Below the pieces are notes generated by a model. That model ran no database searches and was not told where the DNA came from. It saw only the letters and a list, made by a program, of their open reading frames with translations. Positions 51,563 through 64,000 of a stretch of DNA of 64,000 nucleotides are shown piece by piece. Position 1 is the first letter of the stretch. Every line of letters begins with the position of its first letter. The stretch spans positions 109,182,001-109,246,000 of the forward strand of contig OX597814.1 in assembly GCA_951406725.2 (NCBI GenBank). The letters are read 5' to 3'. The DNA is from Octopus vulgaris. Taxonomy: Eukaryota. Position numbers and translations under genes: made by a program.

Positions 51563-52441
51563 TATGAAGATCATTCCAGAAGTTTTGAGGATTTTTTTAG
51601 GGGAGTTGGTTATAACTATCCTAGGTTATTGTAATTTTAATATATCGTTACTCTACATCTAATAAGCTGACCGGCCAACTTTTGCTGAACCAGACTTAAA
51701 GAGATGGCTATAACAATACTTTGAACACACCCTACAAAGCACTGCTTATCACAGCTGAATAATTTTCAGGATGCAGTCAGGATGTGAAGACAATTTGGAA
51801 GTTCGTTATGCAAAAAGGTTTTGTATTAAACTGGGCAAAAACACGACTGAAACTTACAAAATGCTCCAGACAGGTCGTGGCTTAACTTATATGAGCCAAG
51901 CATCTGTTTTTCACTGGCACAAAAGGCCAGGCAAATGAAGTCCACCAAGAAGCTCATGAAGATGCCCTTTTTCAACAGCAAGGGTATCATCTACATCCAT
52001 TGGGTTCCCTCTGGTCAAATGGTCAACAAAGTCTTTGTGGAGGTTTTGAGGGAGTCCCAGAAGAGATTTCATTGCAAAAGGCCAGCACACCTGGGCCAGG
52101 ACAATGCACCAGTTCACAATGCCATTCTGGTAACCAAAGGTACCAAAACTCTCCCCCACCCTCTCTACAGTCCAGACCCAGCTCCCTATGACTTTCGGTT
52201 GTCCCCCAAGCTGAAGGAGAACCTCAAAGGCAGTCATTTTGAGGATGAAGGAGGTCGTGACAAGGCTACTGGACACCTTCGCTTTGGAAGATTGCCATGG
52301 GGCCTTCACACAGTGGCAAGAGCACTACAACCAGGGCACTGAAATCAGAGGACCCTACTTTGAAGGCGATTAGAGTTTTGTATGTCTTTGAAAGGAATGT
52401 CTCTCCAGAAAAACTCTCAGAACTTCAGGAATGTACCTTGT
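51563..52441 (+). mobile_element. Decayed mariner transposon
   Basis: ORF 51935..52342 with QDNAPVH and HPLYSPDPAPYDF; degenerate TIRs. Confidence 0.88.
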
Positions 52442-52559
52442 GTTTTCTGAAACAACAACATTTGTGGAAGCACCATTTTATAACACACAAAGCTATTTAA
52501 ATACACTTAAAATTTTACCCTGACAGTGCAGATGATAATTTTTCATACTAACATGCAGA

Positions 52560-53270
52560 CATCATCATTTAACGTCCATCGTCCATGCTGGCATGGGTTG
52601 GACAGTTCGATAAAGAGCTGGAAAGCTGGGGAGCTGCACCAAACTCCTGTTTGTTTTGGTATGGTTTCTATGGCTGGATGCCCTTCCTAATGCCAAGCAC
52701 TTTACAGAGTGTGCTGGGGGATTTTAGATGGCACTGAACAAGTGCTTTTACATAGAACCATATGGGCACTTTTACGTGGCACCATATGGGCACTCTTCCA
52801 TGGCACAGCCACAAGTATTTTACACAACCAGAAGGATTGGTTTTAACACTTCTGTTGTGGGGTATGGGTCTTCTTGTGTACGGCCAGGCGCCAGGTATCT
52901 CGGTCCTTTGTCATCTCACCTGAAAGGTTCAGCTTCCCAAGGTTGTTCTTCAGTGCTTCATCCCATGTCTTCCTGGGTCTCCCACTTCCTGGGTCTATCC
53001 ACTTTGAGAGATTGGTACTTCTTTATGGAGCTGTCAGCACCCATCCACATCACATGATCAAATCAGCACAGTCTCTTCTCTTGTGTACAACAACTAACTC
53101 TTCTTATACCTAACTTCTCCCTCAATACACTATCACTCTGTTGAACATGTACACTTACATTACACATCCAGCAAAGCATACTGGCCTCATTCCTTTTTAA
53201 CCTTTGCATGTCCTCTGCATTCAGGGCCCACATCTCACTAACAAGTATAATTGCTCTCCATATACATGCA
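52560..53270 (-). mobile_element. Degenerate RTE LINE 3' fragment
   Basis: WALNAEDMQRLKRNEASMLCWMCNVSVH matches the C-terminus of ORF 7478..8698. Confidence 0.8.
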
Positions 53271-53935
53271 TCATCATCCTTTGACATCTGTCTTTCATGC
53301 TGGCATGGGTTGGATGACTTGTCAGGAGCTGGCAAGCAAAAGGACTGAACCAACCTCTGTCTGGTACAGCCTCTTGGCTTCCCAGACCCCAGTCGAACTG
53401 TCCAACCCATGCTAGCATGGAAAGCGGACGTTAAACAATGATGATGATGATGATCTTTGTGTGTTTATTAAATGGGTTTTTTTTTATTTAGTTGCTTCAC
53501 TTTCAACACAGTCATAGACCAAGATCATAAGTTAGAAAAATAGCAGCTCTTAAATTTTCAATAAATTGACTGGCTCCCATGCAGGTAGCACAGAAAAACA
53601 CACCTTTTGAGTGTGGTCAGTGCCAGAACTGCCTGACTGACCTTCGTGCCAGTGGCACATAAAAAGCACCCACTACACTCTCGGAGTGGTTGGCATTAGG
53701 AAGGGCATCCAGCTGTAGAAACTTTGCCAGATCAGATTGAGCCTGGTGCAGCCTTCTGGCTCACCAGACCTCAATCAAACAGTCCAACCCATGCCAGCGG
53801 GGAAAGCAGATGTTAAACAACGATGATGACAATGATGATGATGATGATGAAAAAAAAAAACTAATCTTTGACATTACAGTATAACAATTTTACACTTTAA
53901 TAACAATAATCAACAAAACTACAAATTAAACAAAC

Positions 53936-54028
53936 CTGACAATTATCTTTGCCAGAATTCTCTTCATCAAGTTCATTTAAAATTGTATAAGCACCACCAC
54001 CATACAAATCTTGATTTCCTACATTCAT
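53936..54028 (-). CDS. HYDIN: Probable HYDIN linker exon, MNVGNQDLYGGGAYTILNELDEENSGKDNCQ
   Basis: TAG/GTTTGT sites; 93 nt, open, phase 0/0; non-repetitive island between two confident exons; no recognisable protein motif. Confidence 0.55.
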
Positions 54029-54171
54029 CTATTCAAAATAAACAGAACAAGAACAGTAGAATTAATGGTAATGTCTTAAACTATTTCATCATTAACATAT
54101 GTATTCCTCTCTCTCTGAACACACAGCTTGTATTTTGCCAATGTTGTTCTATGAGCTGAATTATGTTGAAA

Positions 54172-54543
54172 CTAGCACTATGACCCAGCAACACCGGGTC
54201 ATAGTGCTAGTGCATGCATATACAGCTGCATGCGTGCACACATACACGCGAGTACTGTCCAAATCTCCGACCAATCACATACAGCTAGCTGGCATTCAAT
54301 TGGCATATCAAGTTTCGAGCATTTTGATTGGGTTTTGGATAGAAAATTCACAAAAAGGTCACTTCTATTGATTTTTTAACGGCTTTGCAGGGTGACTAGG
54401 GAAATGTAAAGATGTGCACGACCACCCTTGGACAGTTTTGAAAGACCATAGAAAGTGCAAGCCCTCTAACTGAGAAACTGTGGATTTGTATAAAGGATAC
54501 ACACACACACAGACAGACATTTTGCTGTTTATATAGAGAGAGA
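54172..54543 (-). mobile_element. Non-autonomous Helitron, second subfamily with a palindromic 3' end
   Basis: Same 5' TCTCTCTATATAAAC start and CTAG end as 14585-14968, different body. Confidence 0.75.
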
Positions 54544-56032
54544 TTAGGCAAATTATTTAAGCTACGTAAGTTCTACTCCTTTTGTATATGTTCAAGTCCC
54601 TTCACGACAGGAATGTGCTGATGATGGCTATTGAGGCAGAAACACATGTCCATGGCTGTCCTCTTATCTCCAGACAATAAGCCTGGTCTTTTCCTGAATG
54701 TCAAGTCAGTTTTGGAGAAATTCTTCAGTTTTGAGATTATTTCCCCCTTCTCCTATGGAGCCGGTCTTAACTGCCATTTGGTAAGAAGCCGAGATAATTT
54801 TTTAATAAATCAAAAATTCAGTTTGAATGGCCCTTGATACGCCTGTATCATTTTTGATACAGCTTCTTCGCAAAGTAGAGCTATAATAATACTGAAGGGG
54901 ATGAAAGAGGGAGAGAACAAGAGTCTTGTAGTAGAGGGAAAGGTGGAAAGGATGGTGGTGGTGAGGTGTGAGAATATACCCTGAGGGTACAAGGAGGGGA
55001 AGAGAGATAGAGTAAGGTCAGGAAATCAAGGATGAATGGGTGGGTGGGTGGGTCTGCAAGTGTGTGAAAGGAGAGAGACAAAATGGTTTGAAATAAGGGT
55101 AGAAAAGAAGTGAATAATGAACATAGACGGAGGCGTGGAGAATGGTGGGTCTCAGTTTGGGGGGGGAGGTTAAAGGCAAATAGGAATAGATCGAGGAGGA
55201 GATGGGTGAGGTGAGGAGGTAGAGAGAAACAGCATAAGAAAACCATGTATGTGTCAGTTATCTCATACTTATTTCAGGTATTGGAGTGCAAGTCATGCCA
55301 GGGTGCCACATTGAAGGCTTTAGCAAATTGACACCAGGGCTTTTTTTTTTCTTTTTAAACCCAGCACTTATTCTATCAGTCTCTTTTGCTAAACTGCTAA
55401 GTTACAGTGATGTAAACAAATCAACACTGATTGTGAAGTGGTAGTGGGGTACGAATACAAAGACACACTCACACAGATATACATGCACACACACACACAC
55501 ACACACACAAAGAGGTATATATATAATCTACCAAAGTGGTATTGAGCACTCATTCTCACTGTTCAATATTAGTGTATATGATGAGCCTCTTTCTTGGCTT
55601 CCATCTACCAAATCCACTCACAAGGCTTTGGTTAGTTGATGGGTTATCGTAGAAGACACTCACCAATGGTAGCGCACAGTAGGACTGAACCCAAGGCACA
55701 GGGTTGGGAAGGAAGCTTCTCAATTGTACACCCAGGCTTATGCCTTTACAGCACAGCCACACCTGAGCCTATATCAGCAGTTCTCAATCGTAGCTCCCAG
55801 GGACGCATGCAGTCCTCAGGCATCCATCCAGTGGCCCCTGACAGTCTTCTCTCTACAAATTTAATCATTTTTTCTTTAATTGACTTCTGTTTTACATTTT
55901 TTGGTGCAGACCCCTAAAACAACCCGGGCTTTGAGTCTGACCCGGATATTAAAGCGGATGAGAACCTCTGATCTATATATTTCAGAAGGAGAAAGGAACA
56001 GAATTCAAGTAAATAGAGGAAGAATAACATAC

Positions 56033-56371
56033 TATGGTTGAACTGATATCTCCACTAGTGAACAACTCAGAGTCATACTCCTTGTAAGCCTTCAAGTCTT
56101 CAAAACCAGCTGACGACATTTTTGACTTTGACTCTGTACCATGAATGGAGGATGTGGAGTCAAGATGCTTAATCAGCTCGTGATTCACCACTTTCTTGGT
56201 TAACTCCAATGTGAACATTGTCCACTGATATCTCACAACCAATGGGCTGTTATTCATAATATTTATTATCTTTGTTTCAGTGCTGTTGTTCATGATGCAG
56301 CCAAAGTCGACTTCTGTTTGTTCAAAAGTGAGGTTGGGAAAGTAAACTTCTCCATGTAAAGTGATATAATC
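56033..56371 (-). CDS. HYDIN: HYDIN exon, DYITLHGEVYFPNLTFEQTEVDFGCIMNNSTET...SSTI
   Basis: TAG/GTATGT sites; 339 nt, phase 0/0; GEV.FPNL.F....DFGCI.N motif of a HYDIN Ig-like (ASH) repeat; overlaps ORF 55982..56293. Confidence 0.9.
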
Positions 56372-56460
56372 CTAGAAAAAAAATACAATTCCATTTATCA
56401 GAAGAGAAAACAAACTATGTACTCTTTTAATAGAGACAATAGAAAATCAATGTACTTTAA

Positions 56461-57548
56461 CCCTTTCGTTACCATATTTCTGACCAAAATACACCCCTTA
56501 TGTGTTTCAATTATTTTCTAACGTAATCATAAATTTAGTCTGGTTTCATTAAACAACAATAACTTTTTTATTTATCAATATATTAACGTGAATTTTGGAA
56601 GATAATTTAATGAAATGTTCTCAACCAATTCTATATAATAATTTTTGTCACGAAGTGACTCTAATTGCAGGTAGATACAGGTAAATTCAACAAAATATAA
56701 AATTATTAAAATTTTGTTCAAACATCGCTATAGAAAATGGGTTATTAGCTAATATTCAATTGGGTATACAACAAAATTTTACGATAGAATTTGTTATTCT
56801 GGGTAACTTTCTGATACCCATAATAATATTTATGGCAAAATAGTCTTAATTTCATTTAAGGTTTGGTTGGAAACCACTAACTATCCTTTCTTTCGCTTTG
56901 TTTACGTTTAGCGTAACGGTTCGTTTCCACCATAATGAGTTCAAATAGACTCATTCGAAAAAGTAAAAAGAAATAGTCTAAGGCTTTACTCTTCTGGGAA
57001 AGTCTGTGGCTTGGTCCAGTTTCTTCAGAAAAATCACCGAAAGAAACAGTTTTTAAATTTTCACTCCATTCAGGTGCCAATTCATTTTCTTTATCGCTGT
57101 CGGAGCTCTCGGATTCACTGTTTTCACTTTCAGAAAATGAAACATCAGATTCATTATCAAATACCACATGCTTTTTTTTTTCAGTCCTAGAGTTAGATTT
57201 ATGAAGGTCTTCAGTAGAAAATCCTTCAAATTCTGACTCGCTGCTTGATATAATGAAATGTGTATCCATTTTTTGTCAGAATTACAAATTTTGAAAACAC
57301 AATAGGAACAAATTTTGGAAAAAAATCTCCCAAAATTCACGGAATTAAAATTACACTTCGATTGTTGTACAAAACTGTAGTTGAACTGTTTACGAAGTAT
57401 AATATGTGTTTTCACGAATGTACTAAAGAGATTTGCTCTGATATTCTCATTTAAATATGAATAGGTAAATTCGGGCGGGTTTGGGCGGTTTGGTCACATT
57501 AACCAAAATTTTTTTCGGGCGGCTTTGGGCGGTTTGGTATCGAAAGGG
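56461..57548 (-). mobile_element. Internally deleted piggyBac transposon keeping the transposase N-terminus
   Basis: TTAA TSDs; TIRs CCCTTTCGTTACC / GGTATCGAAAGGG; ORF 56877..57269 has an acidic N-terminus then F...TGP...LDYF.L.F..IMVETNRYA. Confidence 0.9.
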
Positions 57549-57552
57549 TTAA

Positions 57553-58018
57553 TCCTTTTGATACCAACCCAGCTGAAACAACCAATGGCTCTGTAGTACA
57601 AATGTCTTGTTTTCATAAGTTCTCAATTAAAATCTTCCACCAAACCTTAGTCACAATTCATGTTCTTAACACTAGCTGAATGATAACTAAGTCATTTTAC
57701 TAAATTCTTTGTTATATTTAAAATTAACTGAAAGAAACACAGAGCATCTTAACAGAAATATGGTAACAAAAGAGTTAAAATATATAATAGAGAAACAATT
57801 CTTAACCCTTTCGATACCAACCTGCCTGAAACTGCCTCTGGCTCTGTAGTACAAATGTCTTGTTTTCATAAGTTCTCAATTAAAATTTTCCACCTTAGTC
57901 ACAGTTTATGTTCCTAACACTAGCTTAATGATAACTAAGTCATTTTACTAAATTCTTTGTTATATTTAAAATTAATTGAAACACAGAGCAACACAAAAGA
58001 AATATGGTAACAAAAGGG
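57553..58018. mobile_element. Two tandem piggyBac-type MITEs (57553-57774 and 57806-58018)
   Basis: Each is bounded by TTAA and carries CCCTTT-type TIRs. Confidence 0.85.
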
Positions 58019-58808
58019 TTAATCAACAAATAAACATTTATGGTTTAAGGAATTGTTGGAATAACAATAAATACCTGCTGTCAATACTCTCATCAATATT
58101 CCTATCAATAGCCACCCAATAATGCCCACCCCCATCAATGCCTTCCCATCACTCTCCCTATCAATACTCCCCCATCAACCCATCCATCCCCATCAATACC
58201 TTCACATAGACACTCATTCTTTTTAGCATATTCCACCCCATTCAAACACGAGTATACATGTCCCTGTCATATTTCATCTTTGAAGAACAACTTCTCTTTT
58301 CCGATGATGAATGTCAACAACAGACTATTCAGTGATGACACATCCTCAGAAGGAAGAAATTATTCTCTGAAGATGAAATACAACAGTGATTAGTGTATTA
58401 GCATACAAATCTAGCAGAACGTATCAAGAATGAATGTGTATATCATTTTGATTATTAGAGTTTTACGTCTGGGTAACTTTGACTGAAGAGACACAATGAT
58501 GTTGAAACACTGGTGTCTCAGTGTCTCCTTATGTCATTTAATTGAATGTGTTGTCAACACACATCACCTGAAAGGAGAAACTCTGTCACCAAAGGTGGAA
58601 TACAACAGCAATTAGCATATTTCCATTCAAATCTGAACAGGCTATGAATGAATATCATTTCGATTCTTGCCGTTTTATATCATCATCAACACCACCATCA
58701 CTACCAATACCACCATCATCACCACCATCATCACTATCATCACCATCACCACTACTATCATCATCACATCCACCGCCATCATTACCACCACCATCAGCAT
58801 CACCAGCA

Positions 58809-59201
58809 GGAGGCGCAATGGCCCAGTGGTTAGGGCAGCGGACTTGCGGTCGGAGGATCACAGTTTCAATTCCCAGACCGGGCGTTGTGTGTGTTTATTG
58901 AGCGAAAACACCTAAAGCTCCACGAGGCTCTGGCAGGGGGTGGTTGTACTCTTTCACCTCAACTTTCTCTCACTCTTTCTTCCTGTTTCTTGTCCCCAAC
59001 TTCCTACACAACCGCCGAGCCTGGATACGCATTCATCCATACGTCAATGCTCTTGGTGTCGGGAGTTGACCTGCCTTCTCTTCTGCGAGTCTTACAAATA
59101 GCAAAGGACCATGTTTCGGACTTCTCCCACTACAGACAATCCTGAGGCGCAATCTTGCGAGCTGTGGAACGAAGACTGCTTCGCTCAACAAAACAAAACA
59201 A
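58809..59201 (+). mobile_element. tRNA-derived SINE (GGAGGCGCAATGGCCCAGTGGTTAGG head, (AAAAC)n tail)
   Basis: A/B-box-like head; second copy starts at ~60011. Confidence 0.75.
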
Positions 59202-59470
59202 AGCATCACCAGCAGTCGAGTTTATTTCAGATATTCTCATTCTAAAAATCATCTCTGGCTAATTGTTGAGAGGACATTGGTGTTGCCTTGGTGGAGGTTT
59301 GAGCTCTCTGAGTGCACTTGTTGTTTAACATATTAAATTATTTTTGCTTACATTTTCAGACATTTACAAATACATGAAGGTCTTAATCCAGCCCTGTGCA
59401 CCTTCATTGCTGTTTTACTTTCTCATAGTAAATTAATTTTTCAAAATATGGTTGATATTAAAATGCTTAC

Positions 59471-59599
59471 AATGTGAGGATGTTCATCATAGCTGATGGT
59501 TAGACTCTGTTCAATAATTCGGGTGACTAAATCATCTTTATAACATGGATTGAACTGGATCTTTAAGGCACAGACTTCACCAACATCTATTTGTATTTT
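59471..59599 (-). CDS. HYDIN: HYDIN exon, KIQIDVGEVCALKIQFNPCYKDDLVTRIIEQSLTISYDEHPHI
   Basis: CAG/GTAAGC sites; 129 nt, phase 0/0; matches the HYDIN-type IKFDPSY..D...I.Y.EHP motif. Confidence 0.9.
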
Positions 59600-61330
59600 C
59601 TGGAAAAACAAAATAATTGAAGATTAATAAAACAACAGAAACAGATGGTGTTGATGATGATGATGGTGATGATGATGGTGATGATGGCAGTGGTGGTGGC
59701 AGTGGTAGTGGTGGTGGTGGTGATGGTGATGATGATGGTGATGATGGTGGTGATGATGGTGATGATGATGGTGAAGGTTGCTTTTGTTAATTTCAACATT
59801 TGAGTGTTTGAAGGAAGGGATTTAAAAAAAAAAAGGAAAAACAAGGATTAAAAACAAAAAGAAGCTGCATCTATTTGTGATGAATGCTTGACTGTAATTG
59901 GAGTCCAGGTTTGGATTTTGCTATGAAAGGAGGGACTTTGATGATTTTGATTTTTTCTGGGATTGGACATATGTGTCTGTAGATTGAAGGATAACAACAA
60001 CAGCAACAGTGGAGGCACAATGGCCCAGTGGTTAGGGCAGTGGACTTGCAGTTGTAAGAACGCGGTTTCAATTCCCAGACCGGGCATTGCGTGTGTTTAC
60101 TGAGCAAAAACACCTAAGTTCCACAAGGCTCCGGTGGTGAACCCCGCTGTACTCTTTCATCACAACTTTCTCTCACTCTTTCTTCCTACTTCTGCCACAA
60201 AGCAGAGGAACCATGGTGTAACCCACTATGGTGTGGTAAACTTTCAGACCCTAGTCTAGATTGCGAATCCTCTGTACCCCAGGATGGTTCAGCTCTCCAC
60301 CCATTAAAAGCCACCATTTATAGAATGAGGATAACAACGTAGCTTTTGCACCCGTGCAACCGCCAGTCTATCGCGTGCGGTGGGTGGATCTTCAACTTGC
60401 CACACGCATTCTTAGTAGCTTAGAGTAGGTTCAAATTATAGATTATTCTTTGTCGGTAATGGCATGAGTCCTGATTGGAAGAAGAAGAAAACAGCAACAA
60501 CAAACCTTCCTGCTATAATCACAAGGCTTGCAATTTTGGCCGAGGATGTGTGTGTGTGTGTGTGGGGGGGCTAGCCAATTTGAGCCAATACTCAACTGGT
60601 TCCTTATTTTATCAACCCCGAAAGAATGAAGGACAAAGTTAACCTCTGCAAGGGGTTAGGGTTAGGCAATTTCAGGGGTTGGGGCTAAGTCAATTACATT
60701 GACTCCAGTGCTCAACTGGTACTTATTTTATCGTTCCCCAACAGCATTTGAACCAAGAATGTGAGGTTGGAAGAAATGCCACTAAGCATTGTGTCCAACC
60801 TGGTAACAATTCCTATTTCTTTATTTCCCACAAGGGGCTAAACACAGAGGGGACAAACAAAGAGAGAGAAACGGATTGAGTTGATAACATCGACCCCAGT
60901 ACGCAACTGGTACTTAATTTATCGACCCCGAAAGGATGAAAGGCAAAGTTGACCTTGGCGGAATTTGAACTCAGAATGTAACAGCAGATGAAATACTGCT
61001 AAGCATTTCGCCCGGCGTGCTAATGTTTCTACCAGCTCACCGCCTTTAACAATTCTGCTAAGTCACAGCCTTAAGAATAACAACAATAACAGCAACAACA
61101 ACTCTTTCTACTAAAGGCATAAGGCCTGAAATTTAGGGGAAGGGGACTAGTCGATTACATCTACCCCAGCGTTCAACTGGTACTTAATTTATCGACCTTG
61201 AAAGGATGAAAGGCAAAGTCGACTTCAGCAGAATTTGAATTCAGAATGTAGCGGCAGACGAAATACCACAAACCATTTCGCCTGGCATGCTAACAATTCC
61301 ACCAGCTCATTGCCTTAACAACAACGATAA

Positions 61331-61703
61331 TAACAAGAGCACTCAGAGAGTGCAAACATCGGCCAAAGCAACACCAATGTCCTCTCAACGATTAGCCAGA
61401 GATGATTTTTAAAATGGGAATTTCTGAAATAAACTCAACTGCTCTCATATATGAGAATACTAAAAATGAATCCAACTGCTCTCAAAAATGAAGTAAAAAA
61501 AAAATGGAAAAATAGTCCAGAATCCTTGTCTGGTACCAGATCAATCCCAACATCTGATCAGTTCGTGCCAGTCATGAGGCCAAACATTCCTGAAAGTTTC
61601 ATCTGAATCCATCAAGCGATTCTTGAGATATCTTGTCCACGGACAAACAAACAAATGTGACTATAAACAATACCCCTGTCTTTACTAAGAGGGGAAGTAG
61701 TAA
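61331..61703 (+). mobile_element. HINE/DINE-1-like Helentron derivative
   Basis: Starts taACAAGAG, has (CAAA)n and a subterminal cccct..agggg hairpin, ends in taat; partial inverse copy at ~59210-59325. Confidence 0.55.
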
Positions 61704-63207
61704 TCATAAAAAGAACAAGATAATTACAATAAGAGGTCGATTGTAAATGATTATATATATATATATCAAAAATCAATGGAAATTGTAGTTGTGATCCTGT
61801 GCCAGTGGCATGTAAAAAGCACCATCCGAATGTGGCCGATGCCAGCGCCGCCTTGACTGGCTTCCGTGACGGTGACACATAAAAAGCACCATCTGAACAT
61901 GGCTTATGCCAGTACCCACTGACTGGCTCCCATGCCACTGGGATGTAAATAGCACCATCCGAACATGACCGATGGTGGTACCTCCTGACTGGCTCCTGTG
62001 CCAGTGGAATGTAAAAAGCACCCACTACACTCTCAGAGTGGTTGGTGTTAGGAAAGGCACCCAGCTGTAGAAACCTTGTCAGATCAGATTGGAGCCAGGT
62101 GTAGCTGCTGTGTCTCCAGACTTCTGTCAAACCGTCCAACCCATGCCAGCATGGAAAACGGATGTTAATCAATGATGATGATGATGAAATGTCCTAACAG
62201 ATTAAGAACTGACACAGGTTATTTATTTCAAGATCTGACAATTCTGAATGTGAAAAAATGTCTCCGAAAGTCAAGGAGACATTTAGTACTCATGAATCCA
62301 CATATAAAATCAAGGAGCCTACAAGACTGTGAACTCTAAGGGGCAGCTTTATGCTAGGAGATGATGGGTAAAAGTACGAGGGAGGGGACCCGGAGCAGAA
62401 GTGGTTTCTTGCTGTAGAAGTGCTACATGGTTATTCACATTTTAGGAGAGAGTGTGGGTGGGATTGGGGGTAATTGCGGTGGACATGGGAAGGGATGAAA
62501 ATAGTGAGGATGAGGTGTCTGGGTGGTCCATTAAGGGTACAAGGTGGGTAAAAGTGAGTGGGGAGGCAGACAGAGGGAGCAGAAGTGTGAGAGATAGAGA
62601 ATGTGTGAGGGAGGTGGAGGTAAGCAGCACTGTAAAGATGAAGTGAGGTTGAAGGGTGGATGCTGTAAATGATGACTAGTGGGAGGGGGGGTAACCGACG
62701 ATGGGGGAGGGGGAGGGCCAACAATGGGGTGACGGTGGGTCGGGGGGATTAAACACAAAAACTGATCTTATAATAAATGCTATCTTGGGAAGGATTTAAA
62801 AGCAAAACAAATAAGTGCAGGCATGGCTATGTGGTAAGAAGTATTGCTTCCCAACCAAGTGGTTCTGAGTTCAGTCCCACCACATGGCACCTTTGGCAAG
62901 TGCCTTCTACCATAGCCCCAAACCAACTAAAACCTTGTGAATGGATTTGGCACATGGAAACTGTGCAGAAGCCCTGTGTGTGTGTATGTGTGTGCGCACA
63001 CGTTTGGGTCTCCTCTTATCACTTGATAACTGGTGTTGGTTTGTTTATATTCCCATACCTTAGCGGTTTTGAAAAAAGATCCAACAGAATAAGACAAACT
63101 AAGTACGGGGGTGGGGTCGATCTGTATGACAAAAACCATTCATGGCAGTGCCCCAGCTTGGCCACAATCTAACGTCTGAAACAAGTAAAAGATAGAAGAC
63201 AACTTAC

Positions 63208-63342
63208 GACTTCTGAGAGAATCTCATCATTGTACACAATCTTGAAAGGGTCTGGTATCTGCAGGTTGATTGTGAGGGGCAGAATGGCTGTGTTGGTCAG
63301 TTGAAGGTCTTGATACAGAAGGCCCAGTTTCATATCTGGGGT
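63208..63342 (-). CDS. HYDIN: HYDIN internal exon (first in window), TPDMKLGLLYQDLQLTNTAILPLTINLQIPDPFKIVYNDEILSEV
   Basis: ttttcAG acceptor and GTAAGT donor; 135 nt, phase 0/0; resembles the HYDIN segment YQPLAIKNISTLPVNL as I recall it. Not in the ORF track. Confidence 0.85.
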
Positions 63343-63562
63343 CTGAAAATATATTTTAATTACCTTTTAGTTTATAAATAATCCCTAAATACTTTTAATT
63401 ATAAAGGCAGGTACAGCTGTGTACTTGAGAAGTTTGCTTCAAAACAGTGGTCTTAGGTTCAGTTCTATGGCATGGAACCTTGGGTAAGTGTCATCTATTA
63501 AAGCCCAGGCCGACCAATGCCTTGCAAGGGAATTTGATAGATGAAAACTGTGTGGAAGCCCA

Positions 63563-63595
<33 letters not shown>

Positions 63596-63599
<4 letters not shown>

Positions 63600-63866
63600 A
63601 AATAATATGTGACAATTATTCAATAGCCAAGATAAAACTCTGAGTTTCGGATGCCGAAGTGGAAATCCACAACACCATCTCTTCGGTTATCTGACCATCA
63701 GATAACCAAAGAGATGGTGTTGTGGATTTCCACTTCGGCATCCGAAACTCAGAGTTTTATCTTGGCTATTGAATAATTGTCACATATTATTTTACAGATA
63801 AATTTCTTCTATTTACATAATATTGAGGTCTCTTTCTTTCTTTTGTTATCTTACCATTTTTACCAA
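63596..63866. mobile_element. Near-perfect fold-back element with hammerhead-like folds in both arms
   Basis: 99-bp arms (63596-63694 and 63698-63796), 3-nt loop, one visible mismatch; (TA)n flanks. Confidence 0.8.
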
Positions 63867-64000
63867 TATATATATATATATAAATAAGGATAAGATTGTT
63901 AAATTAAAATAAAACAATGATTTTATCAAGTGGTCAACATGGAAAAAATAACCTTCAAAAGTAATAATCATTAAAATTATAAATTAGAGTATCTACGATA

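Noticed and set aside
54590-54880. Possible extra HYDIN exon or retroelement relic
   Set aside because: I found no open frame with paired splice sites and no motif I can name.
58809-58885. tRNA genes at SINE heads
   Set aside because: No complete cloverleaf; each continues into a dispersed SINE body.
58644-58915. Poly-His/Pro/Thr ORFs (also 59587..59844)
   Set aside because: Simple (CAT/CAC)n repeats.

Overview
Eukaryotic, repeat-saturated DNA. The SINE/LINE content and very long (TA)n tracts suggest an octopod cephalopod; this is inference, as no search was run. The only host gene I can support is on the minus strand: ten phase-consistent GT-AG internal exons of HYDIN (ciliary central-pair protein), running off both ends of the window. 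The rest is intron. It holds CR1-group and RTE LINEs, a non-autonomous Gypsy element plus a solo LTR, Penelope-like elements (PLEs), mariner and piggyBac relics and MITEs, Helitron/Helentron derivatives, tRNA-derived SINEs, 333-bp and 154-bp tandem arrays, and a 100-N gap. Three signals stand out. (1) Two divergent CR1-group LINEs share a candidate -1 ribosomal frameshift cassette joining ORF1 to ORF2: a U-UUU-UUR heptamer in the correct phase, embedded in a hairpin. (2) Several (TA)n-associated fold-back elements carry type-I hammerhead ribozyme folds with unusually long stem II. (3) A C4HC3 PHD finger sits inside the reverse transcriptase of an RTE LINE. All coordinates were read by eye; repeat boundaries are approximate.
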